64,000 nt of DNA from Amoebidium appalachense (GCA_963693365.1 CAVNZM010000001.1:19290125-19354124), one strand, 5' to 3'. Positions 39,141 through 61,401 are shown, numbered from the stretch's first letter. The notes: a model not told the origin generated them from the letters alone. Program-made: numbers and translations.

Positions 39141-39310
39141 CATAAGCAGAGCCCATCCTCAGGGAGGACCCAAGTCATCAATTGCGTCTGAGTTTCGACC
39201 CCTTAGCCCGCGTATATACGACACTCCAACTCAGACAGCAGCATCAACTGAGCTTGGGCGGGTCAACCCGTCTTGATCAAAGACGAGCAGGGTTGCTTAT
39301 GCAAGCAAGG
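39141..39310 (-). ncRNA. Structured repeat element copy 3, candidate rearranged hammerhead ribozyme
   Basis: Minus strand: closing stem CATAAGCA/TGCTTATG; hairpin CTCGTCT-tTGATCA-AGACGGG; helix GTCTGAGT/ACTCAGAC; GUU 39230-39228; GAAA 39196-39193; CUGAGGA 39162-39156. Confidence 0.65.
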
Positions 39311-39837
39311 TGAGCAAAACGGTGAAGATGTGTGTGCAAACTAATGCAGTGCAGCGAAAAATGTGTATGTGCTTAGGGGGGGGGGGGGGGGGCGACTACT
39401 TACGGCGACGTATAAAGATTGAAACAGCCTAAGGGGCGCGTGAATCTGAACGTAGCAAACTCAATTAACAATAATGATACACATGATGGTCCACAAGCAA
39501 AACTCGAATGGTATCCGTGAGCACAAAATCTATTATCTAAATTAGTCGGCCAGAAAAATAAAGCCAAAATCACTGTACCTTTAATTTCCAAACTAATTTG
39601 GTAGGTCAGAAAAATAAAACTCAAAATCATTGAATACGTATACTAACACTTTATAGCAACATTATACGGTCCAAAAATCCCCAGGCTGAGCATACATTTT
39701 ACCTGAACAATCAGCAGTACAGTCATTCTAAACGTGCCAAGTATGTGCTTATTCTATGATGCCAATGATACTCGTGGAGGCTTCAGACCTCGGTTCTTAT
39801 GTTCCTACGTTCTGTTGTTCTTCTACAAGCCATCGAT

Positions 39838-40587
39838 CTACAGACCAAACGCCATAAGAGGAATCTTTCCCTCTATGGGAACCCATTCACTATAGCTTTT
39901 TCTACGCGCTTCCTGCACATTCTCCGTCGTATCAGCCCCTGCCACCAAGCTCTTCTGTATATTTGTTTCGCATGGTGTTGCGGGGAGGACAACGCCACGA
40001 TTCAACCGTCCGCTCTCGGGATTCTCCAAGATGGGATCCAGAGCACCAGCCGTAATAGAACTCATGAGCTCACGTGCACTGCCACCAGACCCCCTTCTCT
40101 CTCTCTTGGGCGAAGGCGAACTGCCACACTGAGTAGCCTTGGCTGTTTTCTCGTGAATGACATACTCTTCATATGATTCAGCAAAGTTGTCCGATTGTTG
40201 ATTCAAATCGGCGGTGGCAGCTGCAGCCTCAGACTCATCTCCTGTGTGCTGTGTGCTTTCTGTCTCCGCTAAGAACTTCGAATTCCCGGGGAATGACTCC
40301 TCTTTGTGGCTGGGTTTAGAGTTCTTGCTCGTTCCCAAGACAAAACGAATGGTTTTTTCGGCCAAGGCAAAACAGTCCTCCAGTTTTTCTACAGCCTTTT
40401 CATGTACCGCCTGTGTTTCAAAACCTTTCTTTCCAAGCAGGACGTGCAGGTTGTCAATTGGCGTGTCCAGCAGTCCAAAGAAGTATGCAAGAATACCGGC
40501 CCATGCTAGGGCCCCGATCGTTTGCCACATGAAATCGGAGAATGAAAAGCCTGCGTCAACCAGTTCATGTTCCGCCATTTTGCACAT
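39838..40587 (-). CDS. Hypothetical protein with an N-terminal transmembrane segment and an S/E-rich tail
   Basis: 249-aa microsatellite-free ORF with hydrophobic stretch FMWQTIGALAWAGILAYFFGLL; no family recognised. Confidence 0.65.
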   Translation of the reverse strand: MCKMAEHELVDAGFSFSDFMWQTIGALAWAGILAYFFGLLDTPIDNLHVLLGKKGFETQAVHEKAVEKLEDCFALAEKTIRFVLGTSKNSKPSHKEESFPGNSKFLAETESTQHTGDESEAAAATADLNQQSDNFAESYEEYVIHEKTAKATQCGSSPSPKRERRGSGGSARELMSSITAGALDPILENPESGRLNRGVVLPATPCETNIQKSLVAGADTTENVQEARRKSYSEWVPIEGKIPLMAFGL

Positions 40588-41109
40588 GTGGTATACTGAT
40601 CAAGTGGATTACGAAAAAGAAAGAAAGAAAACAATCCACCAAAAGCTAACACTAAATGGAAGCTTAAGGGTTCTGGTCTGTCGGATTTTGGGTATGTATC
40701 AACACGGTGCAGGTCCTATTCCTACCGCACACGTAATATGCCTGTTGCATGTGTTGTGTGCTTCACTCCCCTCTTTGAAACTGTTGTCTTCTTAGTGTGC
40801 CCTAAAGAAATTTCAGTTGTCTCTCTGAAGATGCGGTGCATAGCATGATAGGTCACTCGTTCGAATCGACTGACCGCCGGTGTGGCTCAGTGACTCACTG
40901 CACGACGCACCCTAAACCTAAAAGAAGTTAAAAAGGGGTCAACTAAATTTTCTTGAGGTAATGTCATTTCCTTTAGACTATTTAGTGACAGGTAACTTCA
41001 TCTAAACTCTTGTTATTTGATTGTTATCGGCGTTTAATTTAGGTTTTGAAACCCGTTTTACAAAATATTCACTATAGGTTAACTTGTTATTGTTGGGTAT
41101 GGTACAATA

Positions 41110-50572
<9,463 letters not shown>

Positions 50573-51606
50573 CTTGCAGGCACGTATTTATTTGCATTCG
50601 TGTAAATGTCTGCCGGGTTACAATCTTGTGTCATACATCTATGCGCATTACGGAATCAAAACAATGCGTGCACGCCTGGTGTAACCTACATTGGTTGCAG
50701 ACGTGTCTTTACACGGCCGGCTGTAGGGTACTTGCACGCAAGGTAGAGTCTAACGCTTGGCATCCTGCCCGGAACGCTCTTTGGTGTGCCAAGATGTTCC
50801 TGCGTGTAACTGACTGAGCAACTGACCGCGTATTCACACGATGTAAGCCCAACTGTACTACTGGCAGACTGGTGGTTTGGCTCACAAATTCGCCGTTACA
50901 GAAGCCATTTTATTTATCAAAAAATATTTCTTTCTCGGTGCAACCGATGATATCATCACAAATCCAGTGAGTCTAGTTTTTCGGTGTTTGCGCAAACAAT
51001 GGTGCTCTTGAGGCCAATCAAAGTGAGGAACATAATAAAATTTAGTAAACAACCATACTGCCCAAATGCTCAAACACTATGGTGCATTCACAATGTGTTA
51101 TCCTCTGAACATAAGATCGATAACTAAAATCAACCCATTTTTTTCCCTTCTGAGCTCAGTGTAAAGCAGGCATGCACCGGATGCACAGTACTGTATGTAT
51201 GATAACTCGTACTACGTCTTTACCCGATGATATCAATGACGTTGCCGCGCGGCCTGCATAGATATCAATCGATGTCAGGATCCTGGACCGGCGGCCAAAA
51301 ATTGTGCATAGGGGCTTTTAGATTGGACAACCGCTAATGCACCAATGACTGTTACAAAAAATGACTACCACTCCTACCGTTATTTCATCGTCCGTTCTGG
51401 AGTCAAGGATTAGTCAAACTTTCAACACATAAGGTTGAAATCCGTGACAAGCCCCCGTCTTTCAAGATAATCAAGATAAGTTAGATAACACAAGTAGCCT
51501 ATACATTGTCGAGACTCGGGACGAAATATGTCAACGCTATGGGTGCCGTAGCGTATGAGCTGCCCGGTGGTGGGTGACTGTGAGATGGTAACGTACGCGC
51601 GGCGCC

Positions 51607-51893
51607 CAGAGCTGGGGCGGGTCTACCCGACCCGGTTTTTAGACCCGTTGGGACTTGGACCCGATACGACCCGATCCGACCTGTGGCCTTCCCCCAGACC
51701 CGGTGTACCGGGTCCGGCCAAAGAGGGGGGTAGGGAAGGGAGGAGGTTTGGTCGGCCGGGCCGCCGTGGCGAGCCCCTGGGCTGAGGCACATAGTATATA
51801 GAACTGACCCGGTAGACCCATTTTAGACCTGTCGGGAGTCAGACCCGACCCGACCCAACCCGTTTCTGTTTTTACGGACCCGCCCCAATTCTG
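51607..51893. mobile_element. Non-autonomous hAT-type DNA transposon (MITE), 287 bp
   Basis: 17-bp TIRs CAGAGCTGGGGCGGGTC / GACCCGCCCCAATTCTG (15/17 match), exact 8-bp target-site duplication GCGGCGCC (51599-51606 and 51894-51901), and many subterminal GACCC(G) motifs. Confidence 0.88.
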
Positions 51894-52690
51894 GCGGCGC
51901 CCCGTCCGCGCCGGGCCGCTGAATCATGCGACGGCCAGAACTTAGGCAATCAGTTTCGTACCCTTTAAGGCTATATAAATTAGGTACATAAAGTTATGGA
52001 TATTTGGATTATTAAATCTTTCATTTATACGCGAAAACGATCCTATTGAACAGTGCACTGGATGGTAGGCAACTTGCCCAATAGCCATCTCATCCTGGCT
52101 ACGGCATAGGCCATGCCTCAATATTGGACAATGAGTCCAGGTGCAAGGAGCCAATAGTTAGCGGTCTTGGAACTTTTCTCCGCGCACTCCATGAGAAGGG
52201 TAAATTTTCGGGGCTTGTTTAGAATCTCGATGGTTCGTCAGGCTCTCACACAATCGAGCATCAGTATAACAGGTCAAGCTGAAGCGATTAGGCTATTTAT
52301 GGATTAGCAAATTATCCAAGTAGCATATTATTTATATGTGCCAATTGAAAGGGTTAAAGAGGAATTGTTATGTATGTGTGTGCAAAGAACAAACATTGTC
52401 AGGTAATTTGTGGCCGACAACTGCAAGACTGCCACCGCTTCAGGACCATCCGATTTGCCCACTTCTCTTAAAGCAACACTTTCCGCCAATCACTGAACAA
52501 ACATAGATGAATGAAAAATGCATAGGATGGCCTCGATCTTAGCATCCTAAGTATAAAAACCACCGCACATGCCTCAATCGGGACAGCGAGCGCACAGCGA
52601 AGTCACACACGCCCATTAGTTTCGGAAAGGTCTTGCCTGTTATTGGTTGTACGTTCAAGTTTTCCACTTCTCCTTCAACTACCCGACGGA

Positions 52691-55600
52691 ATGGCGCAGC
52701 TATTCCGCTATGCGGCCCTGGCCCTTGCGGCTTTCGGCATGGCAAATGGTACTTTCGTGACGCCGTCTATCAGCGACACCCAAAACACACACGCAAACGT
52801 ACTCTTAACACACGACCACCAATATACACGCACACATGCCAATGCACAAGCACACAGCACAACTACCAATATACACGCACACATGCCAATGCACAAGCAC
52901 ACAGCACACACACTCACCTCACCCAATGTTGTGCCGTATTCCGCTGTGCCGTAACAATATGCAAGGACCTGCAGATATAACCTGCTCCATTTTCTCACTC
53001 AGCGGCGAAAATTCTTTAAAATCCGCTCTATTTTCTTTTCGTAGCCCTTCTATCTTGACAGTCAAAAAAAAATAAAGCCTGCTCCATTATCTCACTCAGC
53101 GGCGAAAATTCTTTAAAATCCGCTCTATTTTCTTTTTGTAGCCCTTCTATCTCTCTCTGGTTACTATTATCAGTTGTTTTTTTTTCCTTTCGGTACTCAC
53201 TTGATGTTTTTTATCTGATCTGAACACCACTAACCAATTTGCCTGCAGCAGCTGAGTATGACGAGACTGCACGCTGTGCTCCCGGCACCCAGAGGCAGCC
53301 CGGCAGCACGAGTGGTCCCTGTGTAAAGCGTAAGTAATCCCTATGTTTATTTTTCTGTGCATTTTTAAGAATGGGCATCCATCAGTGCACAGCGTAGTGG
53401 GATGCATGAAACGCAGAATTGGAATTGCATCATCACGATATAGCCTACCATGGGCGCATATCAGCATAATATACTGCGGACATTTGTCGTCACAGTAGGT
53501 GACGAAAACATGCATGATTCTTGTGTGTTGTAGCTATGTGCGAGCAGCAACAAACGTTCTCACCCATTTGTTGTATTTGCAGCCCGTGGCACGGTCGACG
53601 GCTTTGCTTTCGAGGACAGGAACAACAATGGGGTTCGCGATGCCGGTGAGCCCGGTGTGCCCAACGTCATTATCAGCATTAAGACAGGCACTGGCCGTGC
53701 CGTGCGTGTGCGCACAAGCGCACAAGGGCGCTACACGGTTCGCAATGTCGTCCCAGGCCCATACACACTCACTGTGGAGCCAACGTCATCCCCCGCCGGG
53801 TTGAAGCCCGAGAGGCCCAGGGCTCAGCTGACGGTGGGCCCCTTCACGGTCACCAAGTACGACTTCTGCTTTATTCCTGCCCCCCCTACCCCTGCCCCGG
53901 CCCCCACCACTGTTATCCCGGCCCCAACACCTGCCCCCACCACTGTTGCCCCGGCCCCCACCACTGTTGCCCCTGCCCCCACCACTGTTGCCCCGGCCCC
54001 CACCATAGCCCCCGAGCCAGCCAAGGCCAACATTGGGCCTGCCAACGTCTTCTCGGATGTGAACAACAACGGCGTGCAGGATGCTGGTGAGCCCGGCCTG
54101 CCCAACGTTGTGGTCCGGGTCACAGACCAGGCCGGCAATGTTGTGGGCACTACCACCACCAACGCAAACGGCACCTACTCGTTCACCAACCTCCCAGCCG
54201 GCACCTACACCGTCAGCGTGGATCTGACCACTGTCCCTGCCGGCTATGTGTCCGAGCGCAAGGATGGCAAGTTCACCGTCTACCTTGCCCCTGGCCAGAC
54301 CTTCACCGAGGCATCGTTCTGCTTCAAGCCCCCCACGACCGGCGGCATGTCCTCCTCGATTGTGTTTGTGGACTACAACGGCAACAAGGTGCAAGATGCT
54401 GGTGAGCCCGGTGTGCCCAACGTCGTGGTGACCCTGGTGGATGCCACCGGCAAGATCATTGCCTCGGCCAAGACCGATGCCAACGGTGCCTACTTGTTCG
54501 CCAATGTCCCTGCTGGCGTCTACTCCGTGCAGGTTGACCAGACCACCGTGCCCCCCGGTCTGAACATTTCCAACCCCGCTGGCACCGTGACCATCCCCGC
54601 CGGTGGCAACGCTGCCCCCGTCAACATAGCTGCCCTTCCCAAGTACGCCACCGTTGGCCCGTCTGTTGGGTTTGTGGACACCAACAACAACGGTTTCCAG
54701 GATGCTGGTGAGCCCGGCCTCCCCAACGTGGTCATCAACCTCATTGACAGCACCGGCAAGATTGTGCAGACCACCAAGACCGATGCCAACGGCACGTACA
54801 CCTTCACCAACATCATTCCCGGCACCTACACCGTCAAGGTCGACCCTGCCTCGGTGCCTGCCGGCTACACCACCCTGCGCAAGGACGGCCAGTTCACCGT
54901 CAACCTGGCCCCCGGTCAGACCTTCGGTGGTGCTGATGCTGCCTTCTGCTTCCAGCTCACTTACGGCTCTATCGGCCCTGCCAACGTGTTCATTGACACC
55001 AACGGCAACGATGTTCAGGATGCCGGTGAGCCTGGTGCGCCCAATGTTGTTGTGGAGCTGGTTGACTCGACCGGCAAGGTTGTGCAGACCACCACCACCG
55101 ATGCCAACGGCACCTACAAGTTCGACAAGGTCCCCGCTGGCAATTATACTGTGCGCATCAACAACAGCACCGTCCCCGCCAACACCACCCCCAACCGCAC
55201 CCAGTTCCCCGTTGTTCTGCAGCCCGGTCAGGTGTTTGCTGGAGACAAGGCCTCGTTCTCCCTCAAGCCCCGCCCCACTGCTACCATCAAGGGTGCCGTG
55301 ACCAACAATGGTGCCCCTCTGGCTGGCGTTAGCGTCAACGTTGCCGACGCCACCGGCAAGGTCGTGGCTTTCCTCAAGACTGATGCCACCGGCTCCTACT
55401 CCATTGCAAACCTGCCCGCTGGCACCTACACCGTGTCCGTTGACCCTGCCACACTTCCTGCTGGTGTCTCTTCCGTTGATACCAACGGCGGCAAGGCAAC
55501 CGTGACCGTGAACTGGGGCGATGTTGCCACCGTCAATTTCACCTACCGCCCGGCCTATGCCACAGTTGGCCCCGCCAACGTGTTCGTTGACACTAACGGC

Positions 55601-57333
55601 AACGATGTTCAGGATGCCGGTGAGCCCGGTGTGCCCAATGTTGTTGTGGAGCTGGTTGACTCGACCGGCAAGGTTGTGGTGACCACCACCACCGATGCCA
55701 ATGGCAGCTACAAGTTCGAGAACGTTGTGCCGGGCAACTACACTGTGCGTATCAACACCAGCACCATTCCTGCCAACACCACCCCCAACCGCACCCAGTT
55801 CCCCGTTGTTCTCCAGCCCGGTCAGGTGTTTGCTGGTGATAAGGCCTCGTTCTGCCTCAAGCCCCGCCCCACTGCTACCATCAAGGGTGCCGTGACGAAC
55901 AATGGTGCCCCTCTGGCTGGCGTGAGCGTCACCGTTGCTGACTCCACCGGCAAGGTCGTGGCCACCATCAAGACCGATGCCACTGGCTCCTACTCCGTTG
56001 CAAACCTGCCCGCTGGCACCTACACCGTGTCTGTTGACCCTGCCTCCCTCCCCGCTGGTGTGTCCTCCGCTGATGCCAACAGCGGCAAGGCCACCGTCAC
56101 CGTGAACTGGGGCGATGTTGCCACGGTCAACTTCACCTACCGCCCGGCCTACGCCACCATCGGCCCCAACGTTGCCTTTGTGGACATGAACGGCAACGAC
56201 ATCCCCGACAACGGTGACCGCCTGCTCCCCGGCATTGCAATCCAGCTGATCGACTCGACCGGCAAGATCGTCATGACAACCGTCACCGGGCCCGATGGCA
56301 AGTACACCTTCCAGAACATCATCCCCGGCGTGTACACTGTCAAGGTCGACCCTGCCTCCATCCCTGCTGGCCTCAAGGTCAAGCGTGTGAACGGCCAGTA
56401 CACCGTCAACCTGCAGGCCGGCCAGGTGTTCACTGATGGCGATTTCTGCTTCAACGTGTGGGGTGGAAGCATCTCCTCTGTTGTGTTTGCTGATGCCAAC
56501 GCCAACGGTGCCCAGGATGCCGGTGATGCTGGCCTGCCCAACGTGTCCGTGCTCCTTGTGGATGGCGCCAACAACGTGGTGTCCAAGACCACCACCAACG
56601 CCAACGGCCAGTACTCCTTTGTGAACGTCATCCCCGGCACATACACCGTCAAGGTTGATGTTGCCACTGTCCCTGCCGGCCTTGTCTCTGTCCGCCCAGG
56701 TGCCCAGGCCCCCGCCACCGTTAACAACGGTGAGAACGTGACCGGCCCTGCCTTTGGCTTCAACAAGCCCGCACCGTGCACACTCAAGGGCCGCATCTGG
56801 CACGATGATGGTGCTGACGGTATCTTCGAGTACGGAGACTACGGCCTGCCCACCACCGTGACCCTGTTCGATGCCACGGGCACCAACGTCATTGCCACCA
56901 CCACCAGCGATGCCCGGGGCTACTACCAGTTTCCGAATGTTCCCCAAGGCAACTACATCATCCGGGTCACCCCCCCTGCTGGCCACGTTGCCGGCACCGT
57001 TGCCCCCAGCGGCGGCAAGAACGGCGAGGCCCAAGTGACCTGCGCAGCGGGCACGACCAAGGACAACCTGGACTTCAGCTTTGTCATCCCTACACCTGGT
57101 GGTGTGTATCCCCCCCCCCCCCCCCCCGAAAAAAAAAAATACACACACACCGACACGCGCACACCACCACCACACCGACACGCGCAACCACCACCAACCA
57201 CCACCAGTCACTAACACCTAATTCCCCCCCCCCCCCCCCCCCCCCCCCCTCAGGATACAAGGCAAGACGGTCGTTCGGCTGCCCCGAGGGTCTCATCATG
57301 AACCCCCGCACTGGTGCCTGCATCGGCGCATAA
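52691..57333 (+). CDS. Secreted protein with 11 tandem SdrD-B/Cna-B-like (prealbumin-like fold) domains
   Basis: Exons 52691-52748 (signal peptide MAQLFRYAALALAAFGMAN), 53249-53329, 53583-57101, 57254-57333 join in phase. Repeats FxDxNxNGxQDAGEPGxPNVxVxLxD..TTTDANGxYxFxNxxxGxYTV; PAPTTVA linker; Cys-containing N- and C-terminal caps; strong C-ending codon bias. Confidence 0.9.
52981..53152. repeat. ~75-bp direct repeat in intron 1 of the adhesin-like gene
   Basis: CCTGCTCCATTwTCTCACTCAGCGGCGAAAATTCTTTAAAATCCGCTCTATTTTCTTTTyGTAGCCCTTCTATCT at 52981 and 53078. Confidence 0.9.
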
Positions 57334-57380
57334 ACGGACACATGTCAGCCCTTCTATAATTACGTATGTTTAATGTTTTA

Positions 57381-57488
57381 TTCGACCGCCCAATGGGTTT
57401 AGGTTATTATAGTGCTGTGGTTTTAGGTTAATGGGCGGTCGAACTTATTATAGTGCTGTGGTTTTAGGTTAATGGGCGGTCGAACTTA
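57381..57488. repeat. Inverted repeat with a tandemly duplicated right arm just 3' of the adhesin-like gene
   Basis: TTCGACCGCCCA (57381) pairs with TGGGCGGTCGAA (57432 and 57473); a 41-bp unit is duplicated. Confidence 0.8.
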
Positions 57489-58087
57489 AGGCCGTTTTCA
57501 CCCCAGACGCACCTGTGGCTGCGCAACTCGCAAGATGAGTTGATTGGGCTAAATAAAAGCATGAAATCTATATATAATGTCTCTCTCTCCTCCCTCTCCC
57601 ACAATCCCCCCTCCTTGCCGGTGCCCGCAAAGGACTGTTGCAGACGTTACCATAAACATCAACCCCGCATAACCGCCCACTGCAGTTCTCGAGAGTCTCC
57701 CCTCCTGCTCACACATGTGTGCAAAGTTTGCACACAAGCATCCTCGGGGCTTGCGAGTATGCGCCAATGTGGGTGATGTTGTCTAGCCACCATCCATGGC
57801 GGGGGGGGGGGGGGGGGTGAGTCTGCATACATTTGGGCCGTGAGCGCCCTCTGATATATACAAAAATGAATACTCTGCATATGAGCCGTTTATGGCCTGT
57901 GTGTGATATCGCAGCAGAATTAGCCATTGGCCAGTGGGTCCAGATGTGTGCCTTTGCTCATGCGTGCGTGCATGCGTGTGTGTGTGTGTGTATGGCCATT
58001 ATAGTGGTGACGGTGGTCACCGTAGTGGTGGTGGTGGTGGTGGTGGTTGTAGGGGGCGGGGGGTCCTGGGGGGGGGGGGGGAGGGGG

Positions 58088-58138
<51 letters not shown>

Positions 58139-58142
58139 GGGG

Positions 58143-58173
<31 letters not shown>

Positions 58174-58759
58174 AGGGGGGGGCAGAGAGGGGGGGGAACT
58201 AGTACTCGAAAGGGGGGGGGGGGGGGGGGGGGGGGGTTGAGACCGCGGCCATTACATCCATTTAATGTCCTCTGGCAATGGCCCGGGGGATGTCCATCCA
58301 ATTGTTGCACGGCAAACCTTCGGGAGACTCGACGTGCACATAGAATCTCAGACTGATGCACCTTGTGATAAGAAAAAGTGTACAAAATCTAATTTGCTTC
58401 TGGACTCAATAAAAGCGCAGGCGGATCTGAAGGGACTGAGAGCAACACACCCGCGCGCTTGTGAAGGGAGGGAGCAAGTGCACGAGTATACTTGTAAATG
58501 CAGGAATATGCTTTTGAACGGAGAGAATAAATGCATAAGAATAAAGCAATGGGTCTATATGGGCAAACTACACAGAGAATGCATGAATATCACTAGCGTA
58601 AATAAGGGAGAGAATAATTCTACGAATACGAAGAGTTCAAATGCAAGAACTTGTCTGTAACAGTTGGGGGGGATCTGAGAATAAGTTTAGATGCGCACGA
58701 ATATGCCTCAGAAGAGAAGACTATGTAATGCATGGCGGCCTGCAAAGTGAGGAATCAGT

Positions 58760-59310
58760 TAAATGCACGAACATGCCTGTCCCACGAGAGTAGATGCACG
58801 AACATGCCTGTGAACAAGAGGGTAAATGCACGAACATCCCTGTGAATAAGAGAGTAAATGCATGAATATGCCTGTGAATAAGAGAGTAAATGCACGAATA
58901 TGCCTGTGAATAAGAGAGTAAATGCACAAATATGCCTGTGAATAGGAGAGTAAATGCACGAACATGCCTGTGACCAAGAGGGTAAATGCACGAACATTTG
59001 CCTGTGAACAAGAGAGTAAATGCATGAATATGCCTGTGAATAAGAGAGCAAATGCACGAACATGCCTGTGAACAAGAGGGTAAATGCACGAATATGCCTG
59101 TGAATAAGAGAGTCAATGCACTCGTGCATTTAAAGACACAAATAGCCCTGTGAATAAGAGAGCAAATGCACGAATATGCCTGTGAATAAGACAGAAAATG
59201 CACGAATATGCCTGTGAAGGAGGAGGGTAAAGACACAAATAGCCCTGTGAATAAGAGAGCAAATGCACGAATATGCCTGTGAATAAGAGAGCATATGCAC
59301 GAATATGCCC
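58760..59310. repeat. Degenerate 32-bp minisatellite (GCCTGTGAATAAGAGAGTAAATGCACGAATAT)
   Basis: About 17 head-to-tail units with scattered substitutions. Confidence 0.93.
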
Positions 59311-59771
59311 GTAGTATCATATTTGTAATGAGGGAGCAAATACATGATGGAATATGCCTGTGAAGGGAGAGGGTATATTCACAATTACACTGTGATTTTG
59401 AAGGGGGAGGAGTCCTAAGAGGACTCTCCGAGGTCACGAATTGCACAATGTGTGCCTCAGGGAGCCTCGGCCATAAGCTTTGAACATGAAGAATGCTCAG
59501 AAATACGGCACTAATCACGTACACGTGTGATATGCATGTGCCGGTGGAAGACAAGCTCAAGGGATCATGGCACTTAACTGGCTGCTCCCCCCGGCCAATC
59601 ATGACAAACAGAATGTCTATGATGAGACCCCCCAACTTGTTTGGCGAATGTTGTGCCTGTGAAGTTTGCTTGCCCAATGCTTTGGTTGTTCCCGATGCAC
59701 CTGAGTCGGGGCTGGCCGGGCCCGATAAATCGGAGGGTGGGGGGTGGTGTGTGTGTGTGTGTGTGTGTGTG

Positions 59772-59806
<35 letters not shown>

Positions 59807-59929
59807 AGGGGCAGAAATGATGATTTGGAGGCCATGGAGGGTGCTTGTGTGCACCAGGGCACACCCTGCAGTGGGTGCTTTTTTTTTTTTTTTTCCCCCC
59901 TTCCCCTTGCGGCTGTGGGGCGTGTTGGG

Positions 59930-59963
<34 letters not shown>

Positions 59964-60501
59964 TGTGTGTGTTGGGGGGGGGGGGAGGGGGGGGGGGGGG
60001 GGGGGGGGGGGAGGGAGGAGGAGGATATAATGAAGGGTGTGGACTGAGTGGGATGACACGTTGTTCTGTATTACTAATGCATGTCGCCAGGACATGACTG
60101 CTCTCTGCCAGAGTCTTGTTCGGTTACGTTTCCTGAACGGTAAGACAAACACGTTATTGCCTAAGCACCTACATATTGAACAGACAGACAGACATAGTTG
60201 GAAAAAGAACACATGGAATTACAGTATCTCACCCGCTGTTTCTGTTGGTCAGAATGTGTGGAAGAAAGAGGATGACACTAATATGAACTGTATAAAAGAT
60301 CAGGCACGGTGTAAACAAACATAAGGGTGTTACATGCTGCGGTGAACATTGGGCCGGTTCCCATATATGGCAGGGCATAACTATTACTAACAGACAAGGC
60401 AAGTTAAAAAGCAAGCCTAACAACTAAATTATCACATCCAAGGGTACGCACAGTACTTTCAACAAGAAGGTAAATGGGGTTAACACATGTGAAATCTTAC
60501 T

Positions 60502-60535
<34 letters not shown>

Positions 60536-61077
60536 TTCTCCCCCCGGGGGGCACTCAACCAAAACAAGAACGGTCAAAAAGAAGAAAAAAGTAAACGGAC
60601 ACCTATGAAAAAGAGCTAAACTCACTATGTATGTGTATGTCAACGGACGTACGGGTAATGAATGGAAAAACGCCAACACACACCCACTAAAATATTCAAA
60701 CGCCGACCCAATACAAGGGTGGGAGTACATTGATGGCTTTGGCAAGGGGTAATATGGCACAGGTCTTATGTCATGAACGAAGTATTATCGTTTGGACTAA
60801 AGACTCCCGCATTATCTCTTCACTTCCCATCCTAAGGCATCTAACAATTACGTGATAGTCTCATATCTTCTCGCTATCATATCGTTGTTATATGTAAATA
60901 TATAAATATATAGATATATTTATTTGGGGATATAGATATGTGAAGCTCCGGCAAAATCACGAGATATCCCTGAGAAGATGCGACGGTAGTTTCTTGAATC
61001 CGTTACTAAAGTCACCACCAAACCACAATTCTGCCGGTTGTGTGTGCTTGTTTTGCGCCTGTGTGCATGTGTATGTG

Positions 61078-61138
<61 letters not shown>

Positions 61139-61230
61139 ATGTGCGTACGTGTTTGCTGCCACCTCCGGGGGAGAGTTTTGTGTTTCATCGGTTCAAAAGG
61201 ATTTCACCGACTTGGAGGGCCCGATAAGCC

Positions 61231-61367
61231 TCAGGACGACTGGAGCTTTGGCCGTGACGCAGTCAGCTGTCCCAAGCGATTCTGCATTATGGTAAGAGTC
61301 AGCCCCCGGCCCATACATTGGGCAATTTTTTGCTTTCATACGATAAGTCGATATCCCCCCCCCCCCT

Positions 61368-61401
<34 letters not shown>

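Noticed and set aside
53786-57217. 1143-aa minus-strand ORF
   Set aside because: Antisense shadow of the adhesin-like CDS produced by its strong codon bias; no domain features of its own.
58721-59854. 377-aa ORF and overlapping ORFs over the 32-bp repeat, or a CRISPR array
   Set aside because: Head-to-tail minisatellite with no unique spacers; the frames are open because the unit lacks stops on that strand.
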